Of a stretch of 64,000 bases of DNA, positions 46,501 to 57,748 are shown in pieces (the first letter of the stretch is position 1; each line of letters starts with the position of its first letter). The notes beneath the pieces were generated by a model. The model was not told the DNA's origin and did not search any database. It saw nothing but the letters and a program-made list of their open reading frames with translations. The stretch is taken from assembly GCF_054482595.1 (NCBI RefSeq), contig NZ_CM137008.1; one strand, 5' to 3'. A program made the position numbers and the translations under genes.

Positions 46501-49500
46501 TTATTCAAACAGGGCTTCAATATCGTTAATTAGCTCGCTGGCGGTGATGGCATCGAGTACGGAGAGCTGCGCTTCCTGTGTTGAATTACTCCCCCAGCCA
46601 TAGCTTTCCGCTTTGCCTTCCCATAGCCACTGCTTGCTTAAGAGTTGCTCGGCACTCAGTTCGGCTGGCGACATGCCTACCGCAAAGCCTTCATCGATTT
46701 CCATGATTAACGACCAGCGGCCCAGAGGTTTGATCATCCAGCCGATCCAGCCTCCATCCTGTGGTTCGCCCTTTATCCAGCCTTTATTCGCCAGCCCCAT
46801 TACCCGACCGCTCGGGCATTTTCTGCCTGCCCAGCGGGTCAGTTCGCTGGCATTGCGCTCGGTTTCTGTCAGGGCGTAACTGTTACGGTCGAGCTGGCGG
46901 AACGGCGGTAGCAGTTCGTAGTCGGCAAAAAGCTGCCCAAATGCGGCGGCATCCGTCGGTGATATTTCCAGAACGTGAGGAATACCAACAGAGATATCGC
47001 CTTCCGGCAGGGTGAAAAGATCATCGTCAGCGGTGCTGTAGCTGTTATCTTCCGCTACCCGGAAACAGGCCAGTAGCTGGTTTTCGGCGCTATAAACGCC
47101 CCAAATCAGACGGCGGGTTAAGTGGCGAACTAGCGGATGCTCAACCAGGAAGAGCTGAAAGTTATCCGGTGACCAGCGGCGACGCAGGCACATGGCGGAT
47201 TCCAGCCTTGCTACCTGCTGGGCGGCGACGGTACGCGCATCTTTTTTCAGCAGTTTGTAGCGGTTAACAGCATCGTTCGCCTGTGATTCATCATCGCTTT
47301 TGTTTGGTTTGGGCAGGTCTTTCAGACGGCTGCCAGAAACATCACGCACAAACGGTTTTAAGGTTTCATCAAAGCTGACGGTGAACTGGCGTGAGCCGAA
47401 ATCCAGCAGCAACGAACCGTTATCATCCAGACCGAGATCCGGTGCTAACCGATCTTCAAGCTCTGCCACCGTGAGTTCGCGGCTTTCGGCAATGTCGGCA
47501 ATTTTTTCTTTTGCCCGCTCCTGTAATGCTTTGAATTTCAGTTTCTGGGCAATACCGTTAAGCTGCATCAGGGCGATATCACTACCGATAGCGGCGAGAA
47601 TATCCAACCCAACGGTGGCGCGTTTATGCTGGGATTCACCAGGCCAGGCGCGTATTAATGGCGTCAGTTTGCGGGCGGTGTCATCGTTACCAAGAACGCC
47701 TAACGCAGTGAACGCCCAACTCTCTTTCGACGGTGCGCCCGCAGTCAGCCAGGCGGTAAACAGATCCCAGGCAAATTCAGCCAGTGAGTCGGCGGTACAG
47801 GCATCTTTCACCTGCAATAATCCCGGATACAGGGCCTCTTCCTGAGGGAAGCGGAGCATTTCACCGAGGTGCTGGAGTGCGCTATCTGGCAGTGATTGGG
47901 CGTTTGTATTTAATACCGGGCGCGTCCAGAGCGATGGCTGATAAAAGGCCGGAAGAGTGGGGATTTTTGTCGGGTGATTATCTAAGGGATCGAGCGCAAG
48001 CAGAGCGTTCACCGCGTCGGTTACTTCCGGCTGGTTATAACGCCGGGCGATTTCTTGCAGTAATGGCTGATGACCGTTTTCGGTAAGCATACGTAAGGCA
48101 GCGCGAGCGTTATCTTGTGCTTCACCGGCTTTGCCGAGCGCCGAAGGCAGCAGGCCGGTTATGGCGTGTTCCGGGTATTTTAGCAGCCAGCTACGGGCGT
48201 CTTGTCGTAGGGTTTTGAGTTTGTTGAAGGCGCGGGCAATGAATGGAGCCAATTCGACAGCCGCGAAATATTGTGCCACGGGAAGAGCTTCCTGCGGATA
48301 GCGAGATGCTGAGTGGATAAAACCTGTTAAACCAGCAAGTCGAAGATGCAACATTACTTGTTTTTCACCTGTATGTGGTTCTTTACTAAGGATATTCCAC
48401 ATCTCAATAGCTTTATTTATGGGTAAAACATGGAGTGAAGAAAGCTTCCATTCGCCCTGATAAGGGGCGTTATAGGACTTAAAAGCATCGATCAAAGTTA
48501 AATAATCTTCACGCTGCCAAGCATCCAACGCTATTTCTGGAATATCAATATAGCCTCTATGTTTGTTCCAATCCCAGCGGTCGAATCCCAGGGAATTCAG
48601 AAAACCTTTTTCTCCCTCTGCTTGCTGACGAGGTTGCCAATTATGCTGCACTTGTAGTCTTTTGCTTTTTGTTTCATTTATTGTACAGAAAGATTCCAGG
48701 GGTAATGGTGCTAAATCCAGCACTGGAGTCGGCGATTTTTTCTTTTTAGCCTGCCACGGCGGTGAGACTAATACGGCAGGCAGCATATCGGCGTTCGCAT
48801 AAACTGAAGGTTGTGTCAGTTGTTGCTGGCATGACTTAAGAACGGTAACTGTCGGGGCAGATAGCCAGGAGATCACCCGTTCTACTAATGTTGGTTGTGA
48901 GATAAGCATCGTCATTAGCATCATGCGCCAGCGCTTTTCATCTTTTTGTGCCAGAAGTTCTGCTAATGCCGCCAGCGCTGCATGTGGAAAGCGAACGAAA
49001 GCCTTTGTCATGCGATCGTGGCAACGCTTTCCCTGCTCACTTGCATGGATAAGTAGTGTAAGTGCTTGCGGGTGGTTGATATGCATCAACACTTCCCCAC
49101 ATGTGTCACCAGCAGCGTAAGGGGCAAAACGGGCCAACGCAGCGACACCTTGCTCCTTGAGTACTGTCGCACACCAGATTTTACCGCCGTAATAATCATC
49201 AAATACCTGCCCTGGCTGTCCTGGATAGTATTTCCCCAGTTCTGCCAATACCTGCTCGTCGGTGGTCGTCAGTTTTAGCCATTCCAGCGCATATACCCCT
49301 TTTTGTCCGCAAAGATGTCTGGCAATCTCATGAGCTACTTCTGGTTTTTCCGGCAACAATAGTGCGACCAGCGGCTGGTTCCAGGCGGGCATGTTTCCGA
49401 GAGCGGCAATCAGTTTGTCGGCGCAGCGCTGCCATACATCGTCATTTGCAAGTGAGAGATGCTTACGCAGGCGCATTTCAACCGAAGCGAAGCGTGACAG

Positions 49501-50259
49501 ATAGTCAGGCTGCTTGTTATCCGGGGTAAAAGTAATGAGGTGGGCATCATAATTCCAGTCAAATCGGATGAATTGCAATGCGATGACAACCTCAGTGGCA
49601 TATTCCAGACCACCTTCCTGGACAATTTGATCCATTAACTCTTCGTGATCGTTACGATTGAAGCCTTGCTCCAGCGCAACCAGTACCGCCAGAACCATCG
49701 GTAGTAGTGTGGTGCTAATCGGCGAGTCGATAAGGCCCACTGCTTGTGTAATCGCCTGCTGCCAGTCCAGTGAACAGGTGCTGTAATCGAAGGTGATCAC
49801 CTTTTTAAAACGCCGGTGAGTATTCGCGGAGACGGAGCGTAGCAGGGTTAATTCATTCTCCTTTGGCACAGGATCGCCAGGCCAGCGTCGATGACTTAGT
49901 GTGGTTGGCGCAACCTCTGTCGGTAAAATGATTTGGGCGTCGTCTGCCAGCCAGGGGAGGTGGTCTCCAGTCAATGCTGGTTTGTCTTGTGGCAAAGGGG
50001 CTATTTCAGGGCATTCGATAACCTGGGTGGGTACAGATGTCGGTGTCATCACGGATACTTCTTCTACGTAGCCCTTTTTTGTTTTCTCCGCAATCAGCTT
50101 CAGTTCCGCTTTTTCCGCCGCCGCAGCATCTGCAAAGCTTTTTACCTGACTTTGCCCGTTAGTGCCGACTTTACCCCAGGTTATATGCAGCTCGTTTCTC
50201 TGCTGCTCCACCGCCCAGAATTTATGTGATTTTTCGTCCTGATAAATATAGGTTTTCAT
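46501..50259 (-). CDS. molR: MolR-like giant protein (1252 aa): N-terminal WGR domain + C-terminal DUF4132
   Basis: N-terminus MKTYIYQDEKSHKFWAVEQQRNELHITWGKVGTNGQ… is a WGR domain; intact reading frame; 9 nt upstream of yehI. Which of the two copies corresponds to K-12 molR/yehH is unresolved. Confidence 0.85.
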   Translation of the reverse strand: MKTYIYQDEKSHKFWAVEQQRNELHITWGKVGTNGQSQVKSFADAAAAEKAELKLIAEKTKKGYVEEVSVMTPTSVPTQVIECPEIAPLPQDKPALTGDHLPWLADDAQIILPTEVAPTTLSHRRWPGDPVPKENELTLLRSVSANTHRRFKKVITFDYSTCSLDWQQAITQAVGLIDSPISTTLLPMVLAVLVALEQGFNRNDHEELMDQIVQEGGLEYATEVVIALQFIRFDWNYDAHLITFTPDNKQPDYLSRFASVEMRLRKHLSLANDDVWQRCADKLIAALGNMPAWNQPLVALLLPEKPEVAHEIARHLCGQKGVYALEWLKLTTTDEQVLAELGKYYPGQPGQVFDDYYGGKIWCATVLKEQGVAALARFAPYAAGDTCGEVLMHINHPQALTLLIHASEQGKRCHDRMTKAFVRFPHAALAALAELLAQKDEKRWRMMLMTMLISQPTLVERVISWLSAPTVTVLKSCQQQLTQPSVYANADMLPAVLVSPPWQAKKKKSPTPVLDLAPLPLESFCTINETKSKRLQVQHNWQPRQQAEGEKGFLNSLGFDRWDWNKHRGYIDIPEIALDAWQREDYLTLIDAFKSYNAPYQGEWKLSSLHVLPINKAIEMWNILSKEPHTGEKQVMLHLRLAGLTGFIHSASRYPQEALPVAQYFAAVELAPFIARAFNKLKTLRQDARSWLLKYPEHAITGLLPSALGKAGEAQDNARAALRMLTENGHQPLLQEIARRYNQPEVTDAVNALLALDPLDNHPTKIPTLPAFYQPSLWTRPVLNTNAQSLPDSALQHLGEMLRFPQEEALYPGLLQVKDACTADSLAEFAWDLFTAWLTAGAPSKESWAFTALGVLGNDDTARKLTPLIRAWPGESQHKRATVGLDILAAIGSDIALMQLNGIAQKLKFKALQERAKEKIADIAESRELTVAELEDRLAPDLGLDDNGSLLLDFGSRQFTVSFDETLKPFVRDVSGSRLKDLPKPNKSDDESQANDAVNRYKLLKKDARTVAAQQVARLESAMCLRRRWSPDNFQLFLVEHPLVRHLTRRLIWGVYSAENQLLACFRVAEDNSYSTADDDLFTLPEGDISVGIPHVLEISPTDAAAFGQLFADYELLPPFRQLDRNSYALTETERNASELTRWAGRKCPSGRVMGLANKGWIKGEPQDGGWIGWMIKPLGRWSLIMEIDEGFAVGMSPAELSAEQLLSKQWLWEGKAESYGWGSNSTQEAQLSVLDAITASELINDIEALFE

Positions 50260-50271
50260 TGTTAAATCCTT

Positions 50272-53200
50272 TTAATCAAACAGTGATTCAATGTCGTTAA
50301 TCAGCTCGCTGGCGGTGATGTCGTCGAGCATGGAGAAAGTGGGTGAGGATTGTTTACCATAGCGATCATAAGGGGCGGTGATTTTTACGCTTTCGACAGG
50401 CAGCAGGTCGCTATACCCCGTTTCGCCATAAATTAATGAAAAAGGTTCTGTTTCAAGTTCGAGAGCACCATAAGGGGTAGATTTGCGCATCGCATAGACG
50501 CTGCCGCTTTCTTCCAGACGTTGCCAGCCTCTGCGTTCCAGCCCGACAATGCGTCCGGCCTGGCAGAGACGTCCGTTCCAGCGTGACAATTCATGGACAT
50601 TACGTTCGTTATCAGCAAGGTGGTAACTACCACGTTCGAGCTGTTGGAAAGGGGGAAGCAGTTCGTAATCAACGTAAATTTGCCTGAATGCAGCGGCGGA
50701 TTCAGGGGGGATTTCCAGCACATGCGGTATACCGATGTTTCCTGCTGGCAGCGTGAATAACTCATCCTGCGCATCGCTGTAAGTGCTGTCTTCTGCCACG
50801 CGAAAACAGGTGATAAGAGCGTTTTCATCGTTATAAACCCCCCATAACAGCCGTCGGGTTAAGTGACGTACCAGCGGATGCTCCACCAGAAACAGGCGGA
50901 ACTGCTCTGCCGTCCAGCGTCTGCGCTGGCACATAGCCTGTTCCAGACGGGTAATTTGCTGGCTGGCGATAGCACGAACATCTTTTTTCAACTGTTTGAA
51001 GAGATTAACTGCGTCAGTTGCCAGTGTTTTATCATCGCTCTGGTTTGGCTTAGGTAAATCTTTCAGGACTTTGCCGTTTGCATCGCACACTACAGGTTTT
51101 AAGGTTTCGTCAAAACCAACGGTGAATTTGCGGGGGCCGAAATCCAGTATCAGCGAGCCACTGCTATCAAGCCCTAAATCCGGTGCCAGGCGATCTTCCA
51201 GTTCGGCCATTGTCAGTCCGCGATTTTCGGCGACCATATTGATTCTGTCGCTGGCATTTTCCTGTAATGCAACGAATTTAATCTTTTGCGCAATGCCATT
51301 AAGCAACATAAGCGCAATGTCGCTACCGATACTGGCTAACACATCCAGCCCGTAAACCGCGCGTTTATGCTGGGATTCACCCGGCCAGGCGCGGATGAGC
51401 GGGGTTAGTTTACGCGCGGTGTCGTCATTGCCTAGAATCCCCAGCGAGGTAAATGCCCAGTTCTCTTTTGCGGGTGCGCCTGCTTCTGTCCATGCCGTGT
51501 AGAGATCCCAGCCAAAGTCAGCCAGTGATTCGCGGGTGAAGGTCTCTTTGATGATCGCCAGCCCAGCGTAGGAGGTAATGTCGCGTGGAAAGCTCAACAT
51601 TGTGCCGAGGTGGCGCATAGCGTCATCTGGCAGAGGCAGGTTGTTACTTTTAAGCCGAGGTCTGCGCCATAAGGTGAACTGATAAAAGCCGGGCAGTGGG
51701 GCGATTTTTGCAGGATATTCTTCCAGTGGGGCGCTATCAAATAATGTTGCCAGCGCAGATAAAACATCAGGTTGATTATATCCTTGGGCGATTTCCTCAA
51801 TCGTTTCTCGCTGGTTTAATTTCACTAGCAGGAGGAGTGCCTGGCGGGCATATTCCCGATTTTGGCACGGTTTGCCCAGCGCCAAAGGCAGTAGCCCGGC
51901 GGCGGCATGGCGCGGGTTATTTGCCAGCCAATTAACGGCATCCTTGTAAGCTATTTTTTTCTGTAACCGCTGCGCCATTGGTAAGGCTAGTTCACTGGCT
52001 CCAATAAAAAGGGTGAATATCCACAGGCGTTGATGATCTCGTTGCAAGCAGGTCATAAACGCAGGAATGGCCGTACTACCAAAAACCGCCAGAATCTCTT
52101 TCTCACCTGAATATCGCTCCTCAATGATTATTTGGTTGAGAAATGAAATCGCCTGTTGTCCCGGTAAGTAACAAAGCGCAGATAGATTCCAGCTTTTGTT
52201 GGCATTGTTGTGATATTTCGCAAACTCAGCTTTTAGTGCTGGAAAATCAAAGCGCAACAAGGCATCAACAGCGCTTTGCGGTATATATTTTTTTTCATGT
52301 AAGTCATTTTCGCAATGCAGCCATTCATTAAAACCTAATTGCCAAAGGATTTGTTGTTCTGGTGTAAAAGGAATGAAAGATGTCTCCCAGCTTTCTTTTT
52401 CAATTAGTGGCAGAACGGTAAATAAGGTTTGCTGTGATGCCTGATATTGCGCAATTTCACTGAATCTGGATATGTCAGTATGACTGATTAACTCTGTAAT
52501 TCCTGGTGTGATATCCGTGACGGCAGGAATGGGAAGTACCGGTAAATCAAATACGGGTATGACATTCTTTTTCTTATTTATTACCCACGGTGGAGCGACA
52601 AGCAGCTCCGGCAACATATCCACAGTGGCATATTCACATTCTTCAGCTACTGGCAGCGGACGACATTCAGATAAGATGCCTGCCGCCTTAGCATTAACCC
52701 AGGGAATGACCTCGCATACTAACTCTGGCGTGGCGGTAATCAGTTTGACAAGCGCTTTACGCCACTCATTATTTTCATGTATTGCCAGCAAAGTAGCATA
52801 AGCGGCAATAGCCGCAGCGGGATGTTTTTGGCAGGCTTTGCTTAAGTATTCCAGGTGCTTTTTCTTGCCATTTACACCGAGGATCAGAATTTGAATCGCA
52901 TCCGGGTGATTCGTTTTCCATAGCCATTTGACAAGATCTTCAGCATTGGCGTGTATGTGAGTGAAAAGGTCCGTGTATTTTACGGGATAGTCGACAGGTA
53001 GCTTGAGAAGAATCCGGCTTACACCACGCATTCCATTATTTGCCAGCAACGTAGCCAGATATTTGCGGAAATCATTATATAGCGGTGGGAAACCATATTT
53101 TTCCTGGATGGCCAGGGCAACATCATCGCTTACCATCATACTTAACCAGGTCATCGCCGGAACGTTTTGGTCTGCATAACGTAGCGCCATAGCATTGGCA

Positions 53201-54072
53201 ATATCCGGGCATTCGGGGAGCAGTAACGCCGCAAAAGGTTGCCGTGCTGGGGATAGCGTCGGAATGGCGGCGAGTACTTTATCTACACAGCGTTGCCACT
53301 CATCTTCTGAAGCGAGTGAAAGATGATGACATAGACGTTGATGCCAACTCGGCAGCGATTCTGCTTTGTGATTAGGTGGAATGATGGTGGTTACTGCGCC
53401 TTTTACTGGTTTATATCTAAGTTGAAGAGCGAGAAGGGCAATTTCAACGGCACTTTCCAGACCACAGCGAATGACTAAGTCATCGACCAGTTCATCTGCA
53501 GAGTAAGAGTTCCAGAAACTCCAGAGCAATGCTGCATCAGATTGTGCACTCCCTGTCTGTTGATTACCCTGAACTCGCATTTGTAACTCAGCAAAAGCCT
53601 GCTGCCAGTTTTCTGGATAAGAACGGTAATTGTTGGCGGGATCATATGCCCTGGTGTTATTCGCGATGAGCTGCCATATTTGACCATCTTTGTGCAGATA
53701 ATTGATCTCTCTGGGGCGAGAGCGATGAGGAAAAGCAAATCGATTAATATCGTCAGTTAGCCGAATGACCGCATCATCAGCCAGCCAGGGGCGTTGGTTT
53801 TTACTCTCAGGGGAAGTTTCAACTTCAGGAGTGGCTTTGGTAATGGGGGGGATATGCACGTTTGCTGAAGCATTTTCCACATAGCCTTTTTTCGTTTTCT
53901 CTGCGATCAGCTTAAGCTCCGCTTTTGCCGCTGCCGCAGCATCCGCAAAACTTTTTATCTGGCTTTGCCCGTTAGTGCCGACTTTGCCCCAGTTGATATG
54001 CAGCTCGTTTCCCTGCTGCTCAACCGCCCAGAATTTATGTGATTTTTCGTCCTGATAGATAAAGTGTCTCAT
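50272..54072 (-). CDS. Second MolR-like giant protein (1266 aa): N-terminal WGR domain + C-terminal DUF4132
   Basis: N-terminus MRHFIYQDEKSHKFWAVEQQGNELHINWGKVGTNGQ… nearly identical to downstream paralog; 12 nt upstream of it. Confidence 0.85.
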   Translation of the reverse strand: MRHFIYQDEKSHKFWAVEQQGNELHINWGKVGTNGQSQIKSFADAAAAAKAELKLIAEKTKKGYVENASANVHIPPITKATPEVETSPESKNQRPWLADDAVIRLTDDINRFAFPHRSRPREINYLHKDGQIWQLIANNTRAYDPANNYRSYPENWQQAFAELQMRVQGNQQTGSAQSDAALLWSFWNSYSADELVDDLVIRCGLESAVEIALLALQLRYKPVKGAVTTIIPPNHKAESLPSWHQRLCHHLSLASEDEWQRCVDKVLAAIPTLSPARQPFAALLLPECPDIANAMALRYADQNVPAMTWLSMMVSDDVALAIQEKYGFPPLYNDFRKYLATLLANNGMRGVSRILLKLPVDYPVKYTDLFTHIHANAEDLVKWLWKTNHPDAIQILILGVNGKKKHLEYLSKACQKHPAAAIAAYATLLAIHENNEWRKALVKLITATPELVCEVIPWVNAKAAGILSECRPLPVAEECEYATVDMLPELLVAPPWVINKKKNVIPVFDLPVLPIPAVTDITPGITELISHTDISRFSEIAQYQASQQTLFTVLPLIEKESWETSFIPFTPEQQILWQLGFNEWLHCENDLHEKKYIPQSAVDALLRFDFPALKAEFAKYHNNANKSWNLSALCYLPGQQAISFLNQIIIEERYSGEKEILAVFGSTAIPAFMTCLQRDHQRLWIFTLFIGASELALPMAQRLQKKIAYKDAVNWLANNPRHAAAGLLPLALGKPCQNREYARQALLLLVKLNQRETIEEIAQGYNQPDVLSALATLFDSAPLEEYPAKIAPLPGFYQFTLWRRPRLKSNNLPLPDDAMRHLGTMLSFPRDITSYAGLAIIKETFTRESLADFGWDLYTAWTEAGAPAKENWAFTSLGILGNDDTARKLTPLIRAWPGESQHKRAVYGLDVLASIGSDIALMLLNGIAQKIKFVALQENASDRINMVAENRGLTMAELEDRLAPDLGLDSSGSLILDFGPRKFTVGFDETLKPVVCDANGKVLKDLPKPNQSDDKTLATDAVNLFKQLKKDVRAIASQQITRLEQAMCQRRRWTAEQFRLFLVEHPLVRHLTRRLLWGVYNDENALITCFRVAEDSTYSDAQDELFTLPAGNIGIPHVLEIPPESAAAFRQIYVDYELLPPFQQLERGSYHLADNERNVHELSRWNGRLCQAGRIVGLERRGWQRLEESGSVYAMRKSTPYGALELETEPFSLIYGETGYSDLLPVESVKITAPYDRYGKQSSPTFSMLDDITASELINDIESLFD

Positions 54073-54172
54073 TCTGCATCCCTGTAATTTTATCCAGTTG
54101 AATGCAGATGCTACCAGTATTTATGCGGGTTAGAGAGAGACAAAATCGTAAGAAAACAACTTTAGGAATTTA

Positions 54173-54201
54173 TAAAGAAAAGGCGCTGTCGATGCAGCGC
54201 C
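54173..54201 (-). terminator. metG terminator (minus strand)
   Basis: ggcgctg-tcgat-cagcgcc hairpin immediately after metG stop, followed on minus strand by TTTTCTTTAT. Confidence 0.55.
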
Positions 54202-54212
54202 TTGAAGGGGGA

Positions 54213-56246
54213 TTATTTCACCTGATGACCCGGTTTAGCACCGGCATCCGGGCTTAGCAGGAAAATATCTTTCCCGCCAGGACCGGCAGCCATCACCATG
54301 CCTTCAGAGATACCGAAGCGCATTTTACGTGGTGCCAAGTTAGCCACCATAATGGTGTGACGACCAATCAGTGCCTGCGGATCCGGGTAAGCAGAACGAA
54401 TGCCGGAGAAGACATTGCGTTTTTCACCGCCGAGATCCAGCGTCAGGCGCAGCAGTTTGTCAGAACCTTCAACAAACTCTGCGTTTTCAATCAGCGCCAC
54501 GCGCAGGTCAACTTTAGCGAAGTCGTCAAAGGTGATGGTTTCCTGAATCGGATCATCTGCCAGTGGGCCAGTAACTGGCGCGGCAGCTGCTTTCACTTCT
54601 TCTTTAGACGCTTCCACCAGTGCTTCAACCTGCTTCATATCGATGCGGTTATACAGCGCTTTGAACGGATTCACTTTGTGGCCCAGCAGCGGTTGCTGGA
54701 TACCATCCCAGGTCAGTTCCGTATTTAGGAATGCTTCTGCGCGCTCGGTCAGTTTCGGCAGTACCGGCTTCAGGTAAGTCATCAGCACGCGGAACAGGTT
54801 TATGCCCATCGAGCAAATTGCCTGCAGGTCAGCATCGCGGCCTTCCTGTTTCGCCACCACCCACGGAGCCTGTTCATCGACATAGCGGTTAGCCAGATCA
54901 GCCAGCGCCATAATTTCGCGCACTGCTTTACCAAATTCGCGGCTTTCCCACGCTTCACCAATCACTTCAGCGGCATCAGTGAAGGTTTTGTACAACTGCG
55001 GGTCAGCCAGTTCGCTTGCCAGCACGCCGTCAAAACGCTTATTAATAAAGCCTGCGTTGCGGGAGGCCAGGTTAACCACTTTGTTCACGATATCGGCATT
55101 CACACGCTGAACGAAATCTTCCAGGTTGAGATCGATATCATCAATGCGCGAAGAGAGTTTCGCAGTGTAGTAGTAACGCAGGCTGTCGGCGTCAAAATGA
55201 TTCAGCCAGGTGCTGGCTTTAATAAAGGTGCCGCGAGACTTGGACATCTTCGCACCGTTCACTGTCACATAGCCGTGAACAAACAAGTTGGTCGGCTTGC
55301 GGAAGTTGCTGCCTTCCAGCATTGCAGGCCAGAACAGGCTGTGGAAGTAAACAATATCTTTACCGATGAAGTGGTACAGCTCGGCGGTGGAGTCTTTCTT
55401 CCAGTATTCATCGAAGCTTACGCTGTCGCCGCGCTTATCGCACAGATTCTTGAAAGAACCCATGTAGCCAATCGGTGCGTCCAGCCAGACGTAGAAATAT
55501 TTGCCCGGCGCGTTCGGAATTTCAAAACCGAAGTACGGTGCGTCGCGGGAGATATCCCACTGTTGCAGGCCAGATTCAAACCACTCCTGCATTTTGTTTG
55601 CCACCTGCTCCTGCAACGCACCGCTGCGGGTCCATGCCTGCAACATTTCGCTGAAAGAGGGCAGATCAAAGAAGAAGTGTTCAGAATCACGCATTACCGG
55701 GGTAGCGCCAGAAACCACCGATTTCGGCTCGATCAGTTCAGTCGGGCTGTAGGTCGCGCCGCAGACTTCGCAGTTATCGCCGTATTGATCCGGGGATTTA
55801 CATTTCGGGCAGGTGCCTTTCACAAAACGGTCCGGCAGGAACATGCCTTTTTCCGGATCGTACAGCTGAGAGATGGTGCGGTTTTTAATAAAACCGTTTT
55901 CTTTCAAGCGAGTATAGATAAGCTCAGACAACTGGCGGTTCTCTTCGCTGTGCGTCGAGTGATAGTTGTCATAGCTGATGTTAAAGCCTGCGAAATCAGT
56001 CTGATGCTCCTGACTCATTTCGCCAATCATCTGCTCCGGGGTGATACCAAGCTGCTGAGCTTTCAGCATGATCGGTGTACCGTGGGCATCGTCGGCGCAG
56101 ATGAAGTTGACCTCGTGGCCGCGCATTCGCTGGTAACGGACCCAGACATCAGCCTGGATGTGCTCCAGCATATGGCCGAGGTGGATTGAGCCGTTAGCGT
56201 ACGGCAGTGCGCACGTCACCAGAATTTTCTTCGCGACTTGAGTCAT
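54213..56246 (-). CDS. metG: Methionyl-tRNA synthetase
   Basis: ATG at 56246 gives 677-aa [29 protein letters not shown]… with HIGH-type and KMSKS motifs; track ORF starts 3 codons upstream. Confidence 0.95.
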   Translation of the reverse strand: MTQVAKKILVTCALPYANGSIHLGHMLEHIQADVWVRYQRMRGHEVNFICADDAHGTPIMLKAQQLGITPEQMIGEMSQEHQTDFAGFNISYDNYHSTHSEENRQLSELIYTRLKENGFIKNRTISQLYDPEKGMFLPDRFVKGTCPKCKSPDQYGDNCEVCGATYSPTELIEPKSVVSGATPVMRDSEHFFFDLPSFSEMLQAWTRSGALQEQVANKMQEWFESGLQQWDISRDAPYFGFEIPNAPGKYFYVWLDAPIGYMGSFKNLCDKRGDSVSFDEYWKKDSTAELYHFIGKDIVYFHSLFWPAMLEGSNFRKPTNLFVHGYVTVNGAKMSKSRGTFIKASTWLNHFDADSLRYYYTAKLSSRIDDIDLNLEDFVQRVNADIVNKVVNLASRNAGFINKRFDGVLASELADPQLYKTFTDAAEVIGEAWESREFGKAVREIMALADLANRYVDEQAPWVVAKQEGRDADLQAICSMGINLFRVLMTYLKPVLPKLTERAEAFLNTELTWDGIQQPLLGHKVNPFKALYNRIDMKQVEALVEASKEEVKAAAAPVTGPLADDPIQETITFDDFAKVDLRVALIENAEFVEGSDKLLRLTLDLGGEKRNVFSGIRSAYPDPQALIGRHTIMVANLAPRKMRFGISEGMVMAAGPGGKDIFLLSPDAGAKPGHQVK

Positions 56247-56377
56247 AGTAGGCATTACTTCTTAATAGTGAAAAGGGGTTAGATAGTACCAAATGGGAAA
56301 ATGTTAAGTAAGTACTTCTCTATATTCTTCAGGTAAACTATCAGCTGATGGTTTATCTATACAAAAAAGGAGTCGGG

Positions 56378-57487
56378 ATGAACGAACAATCCCAGGCCAA
56401 ATCACCAGAAGCCTTGCGCGCAATGGTCGCCGGGACACTGGCCAATTTTCAGCACCCAACCCTGAAGCATAACCTCACTACGCTGAAAGCGTTGCACCAT
56501 GTCGCCTGGATGGACGACACGTTGCATGTGGAACTGGTTATGCCATTCGTCTGGCATAGCGCGTTTGAAGAGTTAAAAGAGCAATGTAGCGCCGAACTGC
56601 TGCGTATCACCGGGGCGAAAGCTATCGACTGGAAACTGTCGCACAATATCGCCACCTTAAAACGCGTGAAGAATCAGCCGGGTATTAATGGCGTGAAGAA
56701 CATCATTGCGGTCAGTTCCGGTAAAGGCGGCGTGGGTAAATCCTCCACGGCGGTAAACCTGGCGCTGGCACTGGCGGCGGAAGGGGCGAAAGTCGGCATT
56801 CTGGACGCCGATATCTACGGCCCATCAATTCCCACCATGCTGGGCGCAGAAAATCAGCGTCCAACTTCGCCGGACGGTACCCATATGGCACCGATTATGT
56901 CTCATGGCCTGGCAACCAATTCAATTGGTTATCTGGTCACTGACGACAATGCGATGGTGTGGCGTGGACCGATGGCGAGCAAGGCGTTAATGCAGATGTT
57001 GCAGGAAACCTTGTGGCCGGATCTCGACTATCTGGTGCTTGATATGCCGCCAGGCACCGGTGACATTCAATTGACGCTGGCGCAAAACATTCCAGTAACT
57101 GGTGCAGTCGTGGTCACCACCCCGCAGGACATCGCGTTGATCGATGCGAAAAAAGGCATTGTGATGTTCGAGAAAGTCGAGGTTCCGGTGCTCGGTATTG
57201 TCGAGAACATGAGTGTGCATATTTGCAGTAACTGTGGTCACCATGAACCGATTTTCGGTACCGGTGGTGCAGAGAAACTGGCTGAAAAATACCATACACA
57301 GCTGCTGGGGCAGATGCCGTTACACATCTCCTTACGTGAGGATCTCGATAAAGGCACGCCAACGGTTATCAGCCGTCCGGAGAGCGAATTTACCGCTATC
57401 TACCGCCAGCTGGCTGACCGCGTTGCAGCTCAGCTCTACTGGCAGGGTGAAGTCATTCCAGGCGAGATTTCCTTCCGCGCGGTCTAA
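56378..57487 (+). CDS. apbC: Fe-S cluster carrier ATPase ApbC/Mrp
   Basis: ATG at 56378 gives 369-aa protein with deviant Walker A SGKGGVGKSS and CxxC motif (CSNCGH). Confidence 0.9.
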   Translation: MNEQSQAKSPEALRAMVAGTLANFQHPTLKHNLTTLKALHHVAWMDDTLHVELVMPFVWHSAFEELKEQCSAELLRITGAKAIDWKLSHNIATLKRVKNQPGINGVKNIIAVSSGKGGVGKSSTAVNLALALAAEGAKVGILDADIYGPSIPTMLGAENQRPTSPDGTHMAPIMSHGLATNSIGYLVTDDNAMVWRGPMASKALMQMLQETLWPDLDYLVLDMPPGTGDIQLTLAQNIPVTGAVVVTTPQDIALIDAKKGIVMFEKVEVPVLGIVENMSVHICSNCGHHEPIFGTGGAEKLAEKYHTQLLGQMPLHISLREDLDKGTPTVISRPESEFTAIYRQLADRVAAQLYWQGEVIPGEISFRAV

Positions 57488-57516
57488 CGCCTATTAACCA
57501 TTCTGGTTATTCTTCA

Positions 57517-57558
57517 TACACCGCAGAGATGTTATATTGATGCGGTGTATTTGTTTTT
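57517..57558 (+). terminator. apbC Rho-independent terminator
   Basis: acaccgca…tgcggtgt stem followed by ATTTGTTTTT. Confidence 0.65.
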
Positions 57559-57748
57559 GCCGCATTAATGAACACTTATTTAATACTGCGAATATTCTGC
57601 GGACCTTCGTCCGAAACTCTACAAAGTCGATTGATCGTACAGGCAATGCTTCATTATCATCCTTCGTGCTGTGTAGTGGATGTACAGCTATAGTTTGTTA
57701 TGCACTCATTCTATCCAGGCATAACCTTTACTACAGGGATAACGTTCA

